From Lophium mytilinum (lineage: Eukaryota), in NCBI GenBank assembly GCA_010093605.1, contig MU004192.1, positions 126,563-190,562 of the forward strand: a DNA stretch of 64,000 bases, in the 5' to 3' direction. The position numbers and the translations under genes were made by a program. Positions 23,279-35,280 of the stretch are shown piece by piece (the first letter of the stretch is position 1; each line of letters starts with the position of its first letter). The notes beneath the pieces are model-generated. The model worked only from the letters and a program-made list of their open reading frames with translations. It had not been told where the DNA came from and made no database searches.

Positions 23279-24829
23279 ATGGCAACATGCACCTGGAACC
23301 CCTATGTCCGGCCGCTGGAGCATCCTCTCAAAACTCTGACTCTTCTGTTTCTGCTGTGGAAAGCGCTGCTGCTGCTTGTAGCGGTAGCCAGCCCTGGCCC
23401 TGGCTATGACACTTCTACCGCTATCTTGAAAAGGGCTGGTGTTCTAAGTACTGGCGAAAAGGGCACGTCATCCATTCTCCACGTTTTGGGTGAACGTCTA
23501 GCGCTGAAGCTCATGAGATGGGACGCAATTTACTTCGTCAAGTCTGCTGAAAGGGGTAACTTGAATGAGCAAGACTGGGCTTTTAGCTGGGCATTTTCTC
23601 GTCTCATACATTACTTGGCTAAGAGTATAATGCTTCGCATCCTATGTCTCCAAGTCCCAATACTAATCAAAGCAGTCCTGTCCCCACAAGTCGACAATGC
23701 GCCGCTTAGCACCTATATCTGGGCAGGCATTGCCATTTCCCACATATCGCATCTCTTCTCCGTTCTAGTTTTAAATCGTCTCTTCGTCAGAGTGCAGACC
23801 AACGCGAATAGACACAGAAGCGCTTTCTTAGCAGCGTCTCTCCACATTGTAACTCCTGCTGGCTTGTTCTTGTCCGCCCCCTATGGAGAGGCCCTGTTCT
23901 CCTTCCTCAACTTCTCCGGAATGCTGCTCTACGTCCAATCTCAGCGCCAGCAATCTCAAAACTCGTGGGGGTTTCTTCGAGGATGCAAAATCGTCGCATC
24001 GGGAGCTTTATTCTCAATGGCTGCCTCAATCCGCGGCAACGGGCTCCTGAGCGGGTTGATCTTCGTTTACGACGTTGTCACCCATCTCCCGAGAGTAGTG
24101 AACTTTAGCTTAAGTTTAGATGAGTTCCAAAGACTTCTTTCCACTACCGTCGCGGGGTCCTTGATTATCATCGGATTCTTCGGGCCGCAATGGCTAGCTT
24201 ACGAAGAGTACTGCGGCCAAACGTATATGTCCTCAAAGTTTGGGAGACCATGGTGCTTGAGGTACGTTCCGAGTATATACTCGTGGGTTCAAAGTCACTA
24301 CTGGTAAGTACACCGAATGACACTCAAACGTTTTACGATCTAATTCAATAGGAATGTGGGATTTTTACGTTACTGGACCATTTCGAACGTGCCCCTTTTC
24401 CTGATTGCAACGCCTCTGGTGTGGGTCATGATCCGATCCGCTATTTGGAGCCTCGAAAATAAGCCAAAGGCACTAGTGGTTGACCCTCAGTCACGTTTCA
24501 GCGTTAGATCCGTGGAACGAGTAATCCCAAAGCCTAGCGAAGGCTATGCTCCCACCGAGGTCGAGCGCGGCTTTCTCCGTCGTCTGGCGTTACCTCAGCT
24601 AGTACTCGCTTTGATGGCTCTTACCAATTTTCACGTCCAGATCATAAACCGCATAGCCTCAGGATATCCCATATGGTACCTTTTTATTGCGAGAATCCTC
24701 TCCCACGATTCAACTCCTCTAGCATCAAAGCAGCGGCCCACAGATATCATGCATGTTTTCATTCGCTGGATGATAATGTACGCTATTGTGCAAGGTAGTT
24801 TGTTCGCGAACTTTCTGCCTCCTGCCTAG
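23279..24829 (+). CDS. GPI18: GPI mannosyltransferase 2 (PIG-V family)
   Basis: Motifs 'GPGYDTST', 'RWDAIYF', 'EQDWAF', 'FLSAPYGEALF', 'RGNG', 'PSIYSWVQSHYWNVGFLRYWT', 'FHVQIINRIASGYP' and 'LFANFLPPA'. Intron about 24304-24351, plus a probable in-frame intron about 23625-23675. Confidence 0.93.
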
Positions 24830-26543
24830 TATCACGTTCCGGCAAAACTATTTACCGCCTATACTACCATTACAAGCGTTCAAGATATCAAAAACATCAC
24901 CTCACAGGATGCACAGATTGGAATGGTATTTCGTGCACAGGCTTTGGCTGCGTACCTCCCTTACTGATCATGTGTTTGTTACCTTCTCATTATCATTATC
25001 ATTTTCATTCTCCTCGCATCCTCATGATCTCCACGACATTGCTGATCCATCGCACTGCATGATTGACCCCAGGCCCTACTCAAATACTCACAACACGAAG
25101 TCATTTTCAGTACAAAGCTAACGCAAAAGCAATAAATACAGGTGACAACCAGCTCCTGAGCGATCCAATTGCAGTTTCAATTATTGGAGTTCTGCTGGAT
25201 AAGTAAAGACTAAATGTCCAAGCGCTACCTATCGCAAGCACCCGTTACAATATCACACGGTCTCTTGCGGAGCTTTCATTCAAGATTGCGTCTGATAATT
25301 ACTGGTGATCAAGTGACAGTTGTGACAGGCGTCGTGATCCTGTCACAACCGTCATACTTTGCGCGCGCCTCATGTACGCCTCCATAGATCATATACGCGA
25401 AGCAGACTAGAACACTCGATCTCCCTCTCTTCAGCACGGGATCCCTGTTAGTGACTCCATTACCCATAGAGACTGTAACGACGTACATTCATTAGTTGCG
25501 ACAAGGCTGTCCTCGATTGAACTTAGTGCACTTCAAATTTCCCATTGCAGAACGGCAGGCGTATCGTTTGACTGGAACACGAGCATGCGTTCAAACGAAA
25601 GTTGATTGGCAACTTGGTCGGCGATTGTCCAACCTGAAGTTCTGGTTAGATGGGTTACCCAGGACACGGGGAAATTCAGCCACTTCGACATCACGGGCAT
25701 TTGCCCCTTTACGGATTGCACACACGTCAGACGCGATGACGCCTCATGCATGCTCGTGATAGGTGAGCATGTTTTCCGTTAGGTCCAGTCTCGGCAGAAA
25801 CGGTGATGTTGAACCATCTCCTTCTTTTGGCCTATAGGTAAGATCTTACTTTTCTATGCTATCTTTAGTGAGGCTTTCAGCAGAACAAACAGCAAGGCTG
25901 AAACTTGTATAAGCCATGCGTCATATGGGAAGTATTTCCGACGCGTTTTCAGCCCGACATACCTCATAGATTCAGGGACATGCCCCGCCGGCTTGTGCAC
26001 ACCTGATATGCGACCTGGATACTGGTATTACTAAGGCTGCTGTGTAACTTCTCTCGCAAGCCTTCAGATACCGGGAAACCACATATATGTACGACCAATC
26101 CCTCTTCAGCTCGAAGAGCCTCTTCGTGATGGGAGCTCTGCAGCTGCCCACATATGCAGTGTATCATCATTAGGTAACTCGGAATTTGATTGCTCCACCT
26201 AAAGCTAATGACAGTACATCTTAACGATTCGGCGTTTTAGAACACGCACTCGAGATTGTCTCGTGGCGCTCAGGATCTTCGATTTCTCTCTACGACACCT
26301 ATGGAAAGCTCGCACATTCGAACGCCCGGTATGGCGAGAGCTACATATGGCCGCATCTAGTCTTCCCTGTGGAGGCGCGCGACGTCAGGTTGGATCAGGG
26401 CTTCTGAAAGAACGTGAAATTGATATTCCCTTGAAGAACTAACTTGGTAATGTCTGTGACTCTGTGAGTTATAAAAGCTAGCCTGTCCACTTTTCCATAT
26501 CTCTAGACTACTGAGTATCCGCACGTCACGCTCGCTATCCAGC

Positions 26544-28516
26544 ATGAGACCGTCACTTCAATTCCAACTGCTTTTTGTTTCACTTTGTCTTGCCTCCGTA
26601 GCCGAGGAAAGACCAGCCTGCAATGCAGACGATTGCGCTCGAGCGGTCAACGGGACCAGAAGAGGATATGGCCATCCCGCTACAGGAACGCGGGATTGTA
26701 TCAGTTACATGACTACCATCGTACCGGTTGGAACAGCGTATGTTAATGATTTCTTGTAGCAATCCTCCAGCCTGCTTATGCTTTGATGGCGGCTGACTGT
26801 CTTGTTTCAGAGTGGTAGAAACCACTGAAATTTCTGATTCGACTGTGACTATATATCCTCCATGGATTTCCAGCACCGCAGCGGAACTCATCGGGGAAAC
26901 TCGGTGGGCCAAACGGCATCCTGTACCCCAATACGGTTATTTCACTACTAGCAGCACCAAGAATCCTATCCCGGCTTATGCTACACACGCGTGTACCGAT
27001 CTGTCACTCTACTCTAGTGCATGTTCTTGCATGGGGATAACGGCTGCCACGATCACTGCTTCGTTCGTTGTAAGTCCTTCTGGGCTCCTAGGTACAATTT
27101 CAACACCTCAAAAGCTGATGCATTCATAGACAACAACTAGTACGATTTCCAAGACAATTACGCACTTCGTCACTTTCTTGGCGACCAAGGGATACCCGAA
27201 TTCGACCTCTGTGACATCTTCTTCGTCGAGTCTTATCTGGGGGACAGGAACTACGGGATATCCATATCCAAACTCAACCTCTCTCACTCCAACGACGTTG
27301 GGGACAGGAACCACGGGAAATTCGCATTCCACAAGCGGTACAGCTGGACTACCTCCATCTTCCGCAAGTAACTCTTCTTCTTCTGGGACACCCTCTCCTA
27401 CCCACTCCTCTATCGGATCCTGGAGTCATTTCAGCAATAGCTCCATGGCGAGCTCGGCAGCCTCCAGTACAGGTTTGACCTTGACCGGGACTAGTGGTAC
27501 TGCGTCATCTGTAGTCATTGGGCCTACGAACAGTACCTTGTCACCCTCCTCTATATCGACCCTGTTAAATTCCTCAGTTCCCTCTACGTTGCATCTAAGC
27601 AGCAGCAGCGCCTCACTACCGTCAACACCTATCCTGAACAGCACTTCTATCTTATCAACATCGCTCCCGACATCGCTCTCGTCAATACGAACTCTAAACA
27701 CTACCGTGCTCTCGTCCACAACTTTCTCCTTCACGGTTTCTTCATTCACGTCCATCTCTTCTACATCTCTATGGTCCACGTCCCTCACGTCTAGCTCTGT
27801 TCCACTCAGCACCCCGGCACCATCAGCATCAGTCTCGAGCAGTAGCATTCCCTCGCTGTCGTTGGAATCCTCTTCGAGCAGCTTTCCATCCTCTTTACAC
27901 GACACCACGCTCCCCACTACACTTGCAAGCAGCACTGGAATAAGCTCTTCCGTCGCAACGTCAACATCTGTTTCGCCCTGCGCGACGGGCTCTCCGAATG
28001 CACGCCTCTGTTTTGGGTCTTGCATCAATCCTCTCACCGATAACAACAATTGCGGTGGATGCGGGAATAAGGTATGTATTACTGAACGCCCGGTCCTTGA
28101 CACAGCTAGTTAGACTGACACCTACCCAGTGTGCCTCAGGCACGGAGTGCACCAACGGTCTTTGCGCGAGAGCATTCTGTCGCTCGCTATGCGGGGCTTT
28201 TGGCAAGTGCGGCCCTGAAGAAGACAACTGCCTCTGCGGCATCGTCGCTGAGGGCCGTGGTGTCTGCCTTGATGGTGATATGAAGTGCTCAAGTCTCCCT
28301 AGCTGCATAAGAAGCTCTGAATGCATTCCTGGGTACGTTTGCGCTGTTGGAACGTGCTGTGACACGGACACGGTACGAGGTGTGTGCGTGAGCGAAGTTG
28401 GCTGTGGGGCGGGCTCTGAGGCCACGAAGCGGAATCACGAAGAGTATAAGTTTGAGTCCACAGGAATGCTCGTTGGAGGTATGCCAAGAAGTGTTCAGGA
28501 ACATGGGTTTATGTAA
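26544..28516 (+). CDS. Secreted protein (593 aa): signal peptide, Cys-containing N-domain, Ser/Thr mucin-like stalk, Cys-rich (STIG1-like) C-domain
   Basis: Exons 26544-26737, 26811-27069, 27130-28071 and 28130-28516 all join in frame across canonical GT..AG introns. N-terminus 'MRPSLQFQLLFVSLCLASVA'; C-domain '[29 protein letters not shown]'. Confidence 0.85.
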
Positions 28517-28677
28517 CGCAATAGTCGAGATTAAAGAAGAGAGCGACAGGAGAAACTCGTATAAAATAAATATATACATACATAGAGGTTAGTATATAGA
28601 TTAAATAACTTGAACTATATTAAAGTGCATGTATAAATATATTATATGGGATTCTTTTACTTATAGTATTGTTGATA

Positions 28678-29070
28678 TTAAATTCTATTACGTTGTTGTA
28701 GCTCCCGTTAGGGTCCATGCAGCTATTCTATGTAGGGTAATTTACAAGGAGAAAGCGTTTGCTACTAAGTAGCTTTTGGATGAAAACCCCATCCTCTGCG
28801 GTATATAGAGCCGAGCGCTCTCTCTCTTAGTATTATTCTGCTATTAGGGACGCGTGGTAGGTCTATTAGGCCTGCCACGGAATAAACTATCTTGATGCTT
28901 CCTACAGATCAATTCGGAGAGGGTTGTGGTCGTCCTCCTGGGTTCAGGTTGATTGGAATCCGGGTGGGCTAAATTAAACAGGAAGGCTGTGTAACGTATA
29001 GGTAATATACGGCTTTTAAAGCAGGCGCTTATTAGGTGGCGTTGTTATTCTATTCTATTCCTAGATGGGG
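28678..29070 (-). repeat. Repeat family A copy (about 300-400 bp, putative non-LTR retroelement 3' end); least-mutated copy
   Basis: 'TTAAATTCTATTACG..TGTAGCTCCCGTTAGGGTCCATGCAGCTATTCT...' recurs near 29685, 31052/31389, 32976 and 34455, and in inverted orientation at about 41480-42005. Confidence 0.75.
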
Positions 29071-30751
29071 TTTTCTCTACTTACACTCTCACTTAATCCA
29101 TACCTATATAGAAAGCATACTTACTATAGTTTTAATAGTACAAGATAAGACAAGATAAATATAGATAAATAGAGTTATATAAGTCTATACTATATTTTTT
29201 CTATTAACTTACAAGCCACACTTAGTGCTACACTATTTAATCCCCTAAACTTTAGAGCGTTAAAGAGTAGCTCCTAGCGGAAACATTAGACTAGCCTAGG
29301 GGCAGATAGCCTATAATTAAGTTATTGGTGTTAAACTAACATGTTACAAGTTTACACTTAAGATAGCGCCTAAGGGTAGCTTTTAAGTTAATGAAAGAAT
29401 ATAGTAAAGACTTAAATAATTTTATTTATATAATATCTAATCTGTTAAGGCTTATTTATACGGACTAACTGTTTACTGCTACAGAGCCTTTCTATTTATA
29501 CTCTTAGCTATATATAGTGTGAAGCAATCCTTTTATTATTATAAAGCTATTATAGATATATAATAGCTATAATAGTCTACTATAGAAGTACATAGATAAA
29601 TAGATAAATAGATAAATAGATAAATAGATAGATAAAAAGAAAAATGGATAAATAGATAAATAGATAAATATATTATTTATAGAGTCTATTATACTAGTAT
29701 AGCTCCTTTTAGGGTCTTTATCAGTAGTTTATCTAGGCTAATTTATAAGAAGACGCTCTGTTATACTATAGTGGTGGAGAGCAGGATAGTTAAGGGAGTA
29801 AGGATTTTATTTACTAAGGGGGAGAGAGAGTAGAAGGGGATGACCTTAGCTGTATTATATTAAAGATGAGGCCGTAGCTGTTGTGCTGCCTAGGGCAGAC
29901 TTTACAAGAAGAAGATATGCTAGATAATGAGACGCCGCCCTTTGCAATTGAGAAGGGGCCTAAACCCTTATTACGTGCCGCTTGCATGCCTGCACCAATC
30001 TACCTTAACATAATACTAATATCTAGCTGCTAGAGATATATAGTAAATCTATTAGTTGTACTATAGATTAAGCTATTCTAATATACTCTCCCAAACTAGG
30101 TATATTATATTTAGCTAACTAAATCTAATAAGTTAGAACTAAACTTTCTACTAGATTTCTTATATAGTTTTCTATGCGGAGTACTTCTATAGTATTTAGC
30201 CTATATTAGATACTCGACCGCCTATATAGCTCTAAAGCACTCCTTATATCTATTATTATAACCTACTACTACTACATGCCTGTATTTATAGAAGACTAAT
30301 ATACGCATTTATTCTTTTAGGCTATATAGGTAGTATTACTAGTAAAATATCAATTGTTCTCTTTTTATAATAGCCGCTAGCTAGCTATATAAAATAGGAA
30401 GGCTACTATATACTCTCTATTATTCTTAGTATTTATATTAGAGGTTTTGTAAGCTAAAGCTTTATAGTAGTACTTAGAAGGGGTAGAATAGAAAGTATAT
30501 ATAAACCTCTTATATTCCCTACATATAATAGTAAACTATTATCTACTAGAATGTATCTTAATTATAAAGCTATAAAAGTTATAAATAAAGTGGGGTTTTA
30601 TAGTAATACTTTTACTAGAGTCTTCTATAATAGATTTCTATATACTACAGCCTTTAATTCTATTTAGTTCCTATAGCGGTCAGCTTACTATATATACCTA
30701 ACTTACTTTCTAAGCCTATTTTGCACCCGCCTATACTTTCTAATAGAATAA

Positions 30752-31007
30752 TATTGAAGATGTAGAGTTAATATATAGATAGAAAAATAGATACATAGAT
30801 AGATAGATAAGAGTTGTATTATATAAGCTTGAGCTATTCTATACTAATAGTAATAGAGCCGTAGATATACATAAACTAATACATTATAAAACACTTCTCT
30901 AATATTTCTTATATTTCCTCCAAATACTTACAGTTTTATTCCTATCTAATAGCTTTTAAATCTATTGTATATAAGAGTAGAACGCTTATACTAATGTAAA
31001 ACTTATA
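30752..31007. mobile_element. Solo LTR, family B (contains GATA microsatellite)
   Basis: Homologous to 31085-31388. Flanked by AATAA (30747-30751) and GATAA (31008-31012), a 5-bp TSD with one G>A change. Confidence 0.65.
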
Positions 31008-31084
31008 GATAATATACGCGTCTATCCTTTTAAGCTATATTATTATTATTATTAAATTCTATTACGCTGGTGTAGCTCCCGTTA

Positions 31085-31131
31085 TGTTAAAGGTATAGAG
31101 TTGATGTGAGAATAGATAAATAGATAGATAA

Positions 31132-31175
<44 letters not shown>

Positions 31176-31388
31176 GAATTGTATTGCTTAAGTTCTATTC
31201 TATATTAATAGTAACGGAGTTGTATATATACAGCATTTAATGCATTGTAAAATATTTCTCTAATGTTCTTGTAGCGTTATTTAACGTTTGTTGTATCACG
31301 TTTAAACGCGCACAGTTTTGTTCTGTTTGAAGGCTTTTAAGCCTATTATGCGTAAGGATATAACGCTTATGCTATTTTAATCATTATA
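31085..31388. mobile_element. Solo LTR, family B, inserted into a family A copy
   Basis: Starts with TG and ends with TA (RIP-mutated CA). Flanked by a perfect CGTTA duplication (31080-31084 and 31389-31393). Family A sequence resumes exactly after it. Confidence 0.8.
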
Positions 31389-32960
31389 CGTTAGAGTCTA
31401 TACAGCTGTTCTATCTAGGCTAATTTATAAGGGGAAACCATTCGTTGCCGGGCAGTATATAGGTAAAAACCTTATCCTCTATTATATTTAGCGTTAAGCA
31501 CCCTTCTCTATTATATTTTACTATAGAGGATATATAGTAGGTCTATAAGAGCTACTATAGAATAAGCTATTAAGATGCGTTATTCTATATCTATCTAGAA
31601 AGGTTTATTATTATCCTTCTAGGTTTAGGCTAAGTAGAATCTAGATAAATAGCTAGTATAGCTAGCATATATTTATATCAAATTTTTATATAAGATAGGT
31701 CTACTAGCTAGAATACCTACCTACCTAGGCCCTATTCTAGGCTGCCCTTTCTATAATAACCTATACACCGCTAATTTACTTCTTAAGCCTAAATTATAAG
31801 TTATTACTTATATATAATAGTAGACTAATATGCGTATCTATTTCTTTTAGGCTATATAGATAATATTACTAGTAAGGTATTAATCCTTCCCCCTATATAG
31901 TAGCCGCCAGCCGGATAATATATAGGAAGGCTGCGTGTATACTTACTATTAGCCCTAGTGCTATACCTAAGTAGCTAATAGAAAGTATATATATATACTT
32001 ACTATCTAGTAGTATACTATTATCTACTATAAGTCTACTAGGCGTCTATAGAGGCCTAGAGCTAACTACTACTACTATTATATACTACACCCTACGGCGT
32101 CCGCCTATTTACTACTAGGTATAGCCCCTTTATATTACCTATAACGCTCTAGCTATAATAGGCTAACTATATCTTATAGGTAGAGGTTATTACCTCTAAT
32201 AACTTAATGCTATATAGCTATTATCCCTTATACCTACTAACTAAACTATTACTATCCTTACTCTTACGCCTATTAGCTTCTTAGTTTTTAGTTCTAGTAT
32301 TTACTTATTTACTTATAGTAGCATTTATTTATTTATCTATCTAGAGATATAAGTGTAATTATACTAGTATAAAGGTATTCTATTATTTTAATAGCTTAGT
32401 TCTATTACTTCTATTAATAAATATAGGCGCTAGTATAGCCCTAGATTAGAATAGCTTACCTAGGTAATAGAATACTAGATACTTTTTAATATATAGGGGG
32501 CCAATATAATATAAGTAATAAGGTGTATTAACTATTATAAAAATCTAAGCTAAGGAGGAGAATAAGAGCTAGAAGCTCTTAAGAGGTTATAGTTTAAGGC
32601 CGGCGCACAGGCCGCGGTCTAGCGCGTCTTGCTTAGGTTATATAAGGGACAGTATATAACCTAAGCACATAATTATTAGAATCCTGGGTTTATACTATAA
32701 TATAATATACCCCTCTATTTTATTATTAGTTATATAAGAGCTTTACTAAGGCTTTTATAAAAACTCTACTAATCTAGTAGTAGTAAAGATAATATCTTTA
32801 AAGATAACCTCTAGCTATAATATAATATTACTATACTAGTAATAAATATAAATCTTATTCTTAATTTCTTATATAGGCCTTATAGTTTAAATAAAAGAGA
32901 AAGGAACCCCTATATAATAATATAGATTAAATTATAGTTTTAGTATTTCTTTATTCTAAG

Positions 32961-33300
32961 CTATATTTATTATTATTAAATTCTATTACACTAGTGTAGC
33001 TTCTATTAGGGTCTATGCAGCTATTCTATCTAGGCTAATTTATAAGGGGAAACTGTTTACTACTAGATAGCCTTTAGGTAAAAACCTTATCCTCTATTAT
33101 ATCTAGTATTAAGCGCCCTTCTCTATTATATCTACTATAGGGGATATATAGTAGGTCTATAAAAGCTACTATAGAATAAGCTATTAAAATATATTATTCT
33201 ATATCTATCTAGGTTAGTTTATTATTATCCTTCTAGGTTTAGGCCGAGTAGAATCTAGATAACTAGCTAGTATAGAATTAGCGTAAGGGCCCGCGTATAA
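32961..33300 (-). repeat. Repeat family A copy with (TAA)n-type tail
   Basis: Aligns with 28678-28970 and is preceded on the + strand by TATTATTATTA. Confidence 0.7.
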
Positions 33301-34203
33301 GTAGTGCGCTTACGGGGCTTTCTTCTAAGGTAATAAGGTAAAGCAAATAGTAGGGGCCGTATAGGCTATTAGAGATAGAAAGGTATTATTCCGCTCTAGG
33401 GGGAGTATATAGAAAGTATATAGTTTATAGATAGTCTATTATTTTATAGGTAGGCTATAAGAGTAGAAGGGCTAAGGCCGGAGGGCTAGTAGAGTATACT
33501 AGAGGACTAAAGTAGAAGGACTAAATAGAGGGACTAAACTAAAATAGAAAGGCTATAGGTAGCTGTATATAGTATATAGCTATAATAGTAGGTATAGGCT
33601 ACTATAGCTTAGCTAAGTATATAGCTTATAGTCTATAGATAGAAAGTATATAGCTACTTATAGTAAGTATAAGCTTTTATAGTATAACTAGTTAATAGGG
33701 GAGAGGAGCCTTATATATACGCTGTCGTAAAGTAGATAGGCTGCTTAGAAATAGAAGGGCTATTTAGAAATAGGTAGGCTATTTAGAAATAAGAGAGCTA
33801 TAAGGAGCGGTTCTAAGCTATATAGATAGTATTTACTAATAGTATATAATATAGCCTCTAGATTAGATCTACTAGAATTTATAGCCTAGAAAAGAAGAAA
33901 ACCTATTTATTACTACTACTATATACTATACTATATAGCTATTACTAGCTGCTTTATATTACCTATAATATACTTATACTAATAGGCTAACTATATCTTA
34001 TAGATATAGGCCTATTAATAACTCTATACTAGGTAGCTGCTAGACCCTTTAGCTATCTACTAAGTAAACTAATTATTCTTCTATCTAAGGTAACACCTAT
34101 ATATTTATCTATTCTAGCGCTATATTAGCCTATTCTCCCTTAGCCTTTAAGTCTATTTCTAGCCCTTTAGGTTCTTTATTAGTATTATTGCAGTTAGGTT
34201 ACT

Positions 34204-34240
<37 letters not shown>

Positions 34241-34444
34241 ATATTAACTCTATATCTTTAATAAGAGCTTTAATCTTTATTTAGAGTTATATTTTTATAT
34301 ATATATATCTATACTATATCTAAATCTATATAGTATTTTCTACTTATCTTATACCTTTTCTAGTCCCTATAGCTATAAATATACTATTCTCTTACTATGC
34401 TATATACTTATAAGGATGCTAAAACTATTAAACTCTTACCTTAC

Positions 34445-34736
34445 TATTTATTATTAGATTCTATTATACTAGTGTAGCTTCCTATTAGAGTCCATGCAGC
34501 TATTCTATCTAGGCTAATTTAAACGGGGCATCTATTTACTGCCGGGCCGTATTTAGATAAAAACCTTATTATATATATATTTAGTATTAAGCGCCCTTTT
34601 CTTTATTAATTTAGCTATAGAATATATAGTAGGTCTATAAGAACTACTACTATAGAATAAGCTATTAAGATGTATTATCCTAGATCTATCTAGATCGGGT
34701 CTTTATTATCCTCCTAGGTTTAGGCTAAATAGAATC
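34445..34736 (-). repeat. Repeat family A copy
   Basis: Aligns with 28678-28960. Confidence 0.7.
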
Positions 34737-35280
34737 CTCTTTTTATTAGAGCCCCTTTATAGTAAGCCTAACCTCCCTCTATTACTATCTATATCTACTA
34801 TTATTCTACTCTATATTAAATCTTTTTTATATACTAGAAATGTAATACTTAAGCTTCTTATAGATAATTCTCTTTGCCTAATAATAATGCTAAGGGCTAT
34901 AATTAGTATCCTAACTATAGTAACTAAAAATATTAACTATATATACTATAGATATAGAGGATATAAAAAAGAATATTATATATCTGCGCTTAAAGAAAGT
35001 ATTTAGCAATAGTAAAAGAGTCTAGTAGTAAGCTAGCAGCTCTAGAGCAGCTTTTATAGCATTTACAAGTTGGTGAAGTAATAGGGGGGGGAGGGGACGT
35101 GCATAGACTGAAAATTGACTCTGTATGGATGAATAAGGGGGTATTCGATTATCAGTCCCCAAGATATAAATAGTAATGGCAACTATTTCAGCTCTAGCCT
35201 ACCTGTACTGTAGACTAATTCTATATTATACGTCTCCTTAAGGACACCGCAGAAACTTTGTGTCTTGGATATATATAGCT

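Larger units (their letters stand above)
28560..35270. mobile_element. AT-rich island of nested RIP-degenerated transposon relics
   Basis: Abrupt GC drop, no ORF of 60 aa or more, extreme TA/TAG/TAA excess with CA/TG depletion, and internal repeated segments. Confidence 0.92.
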
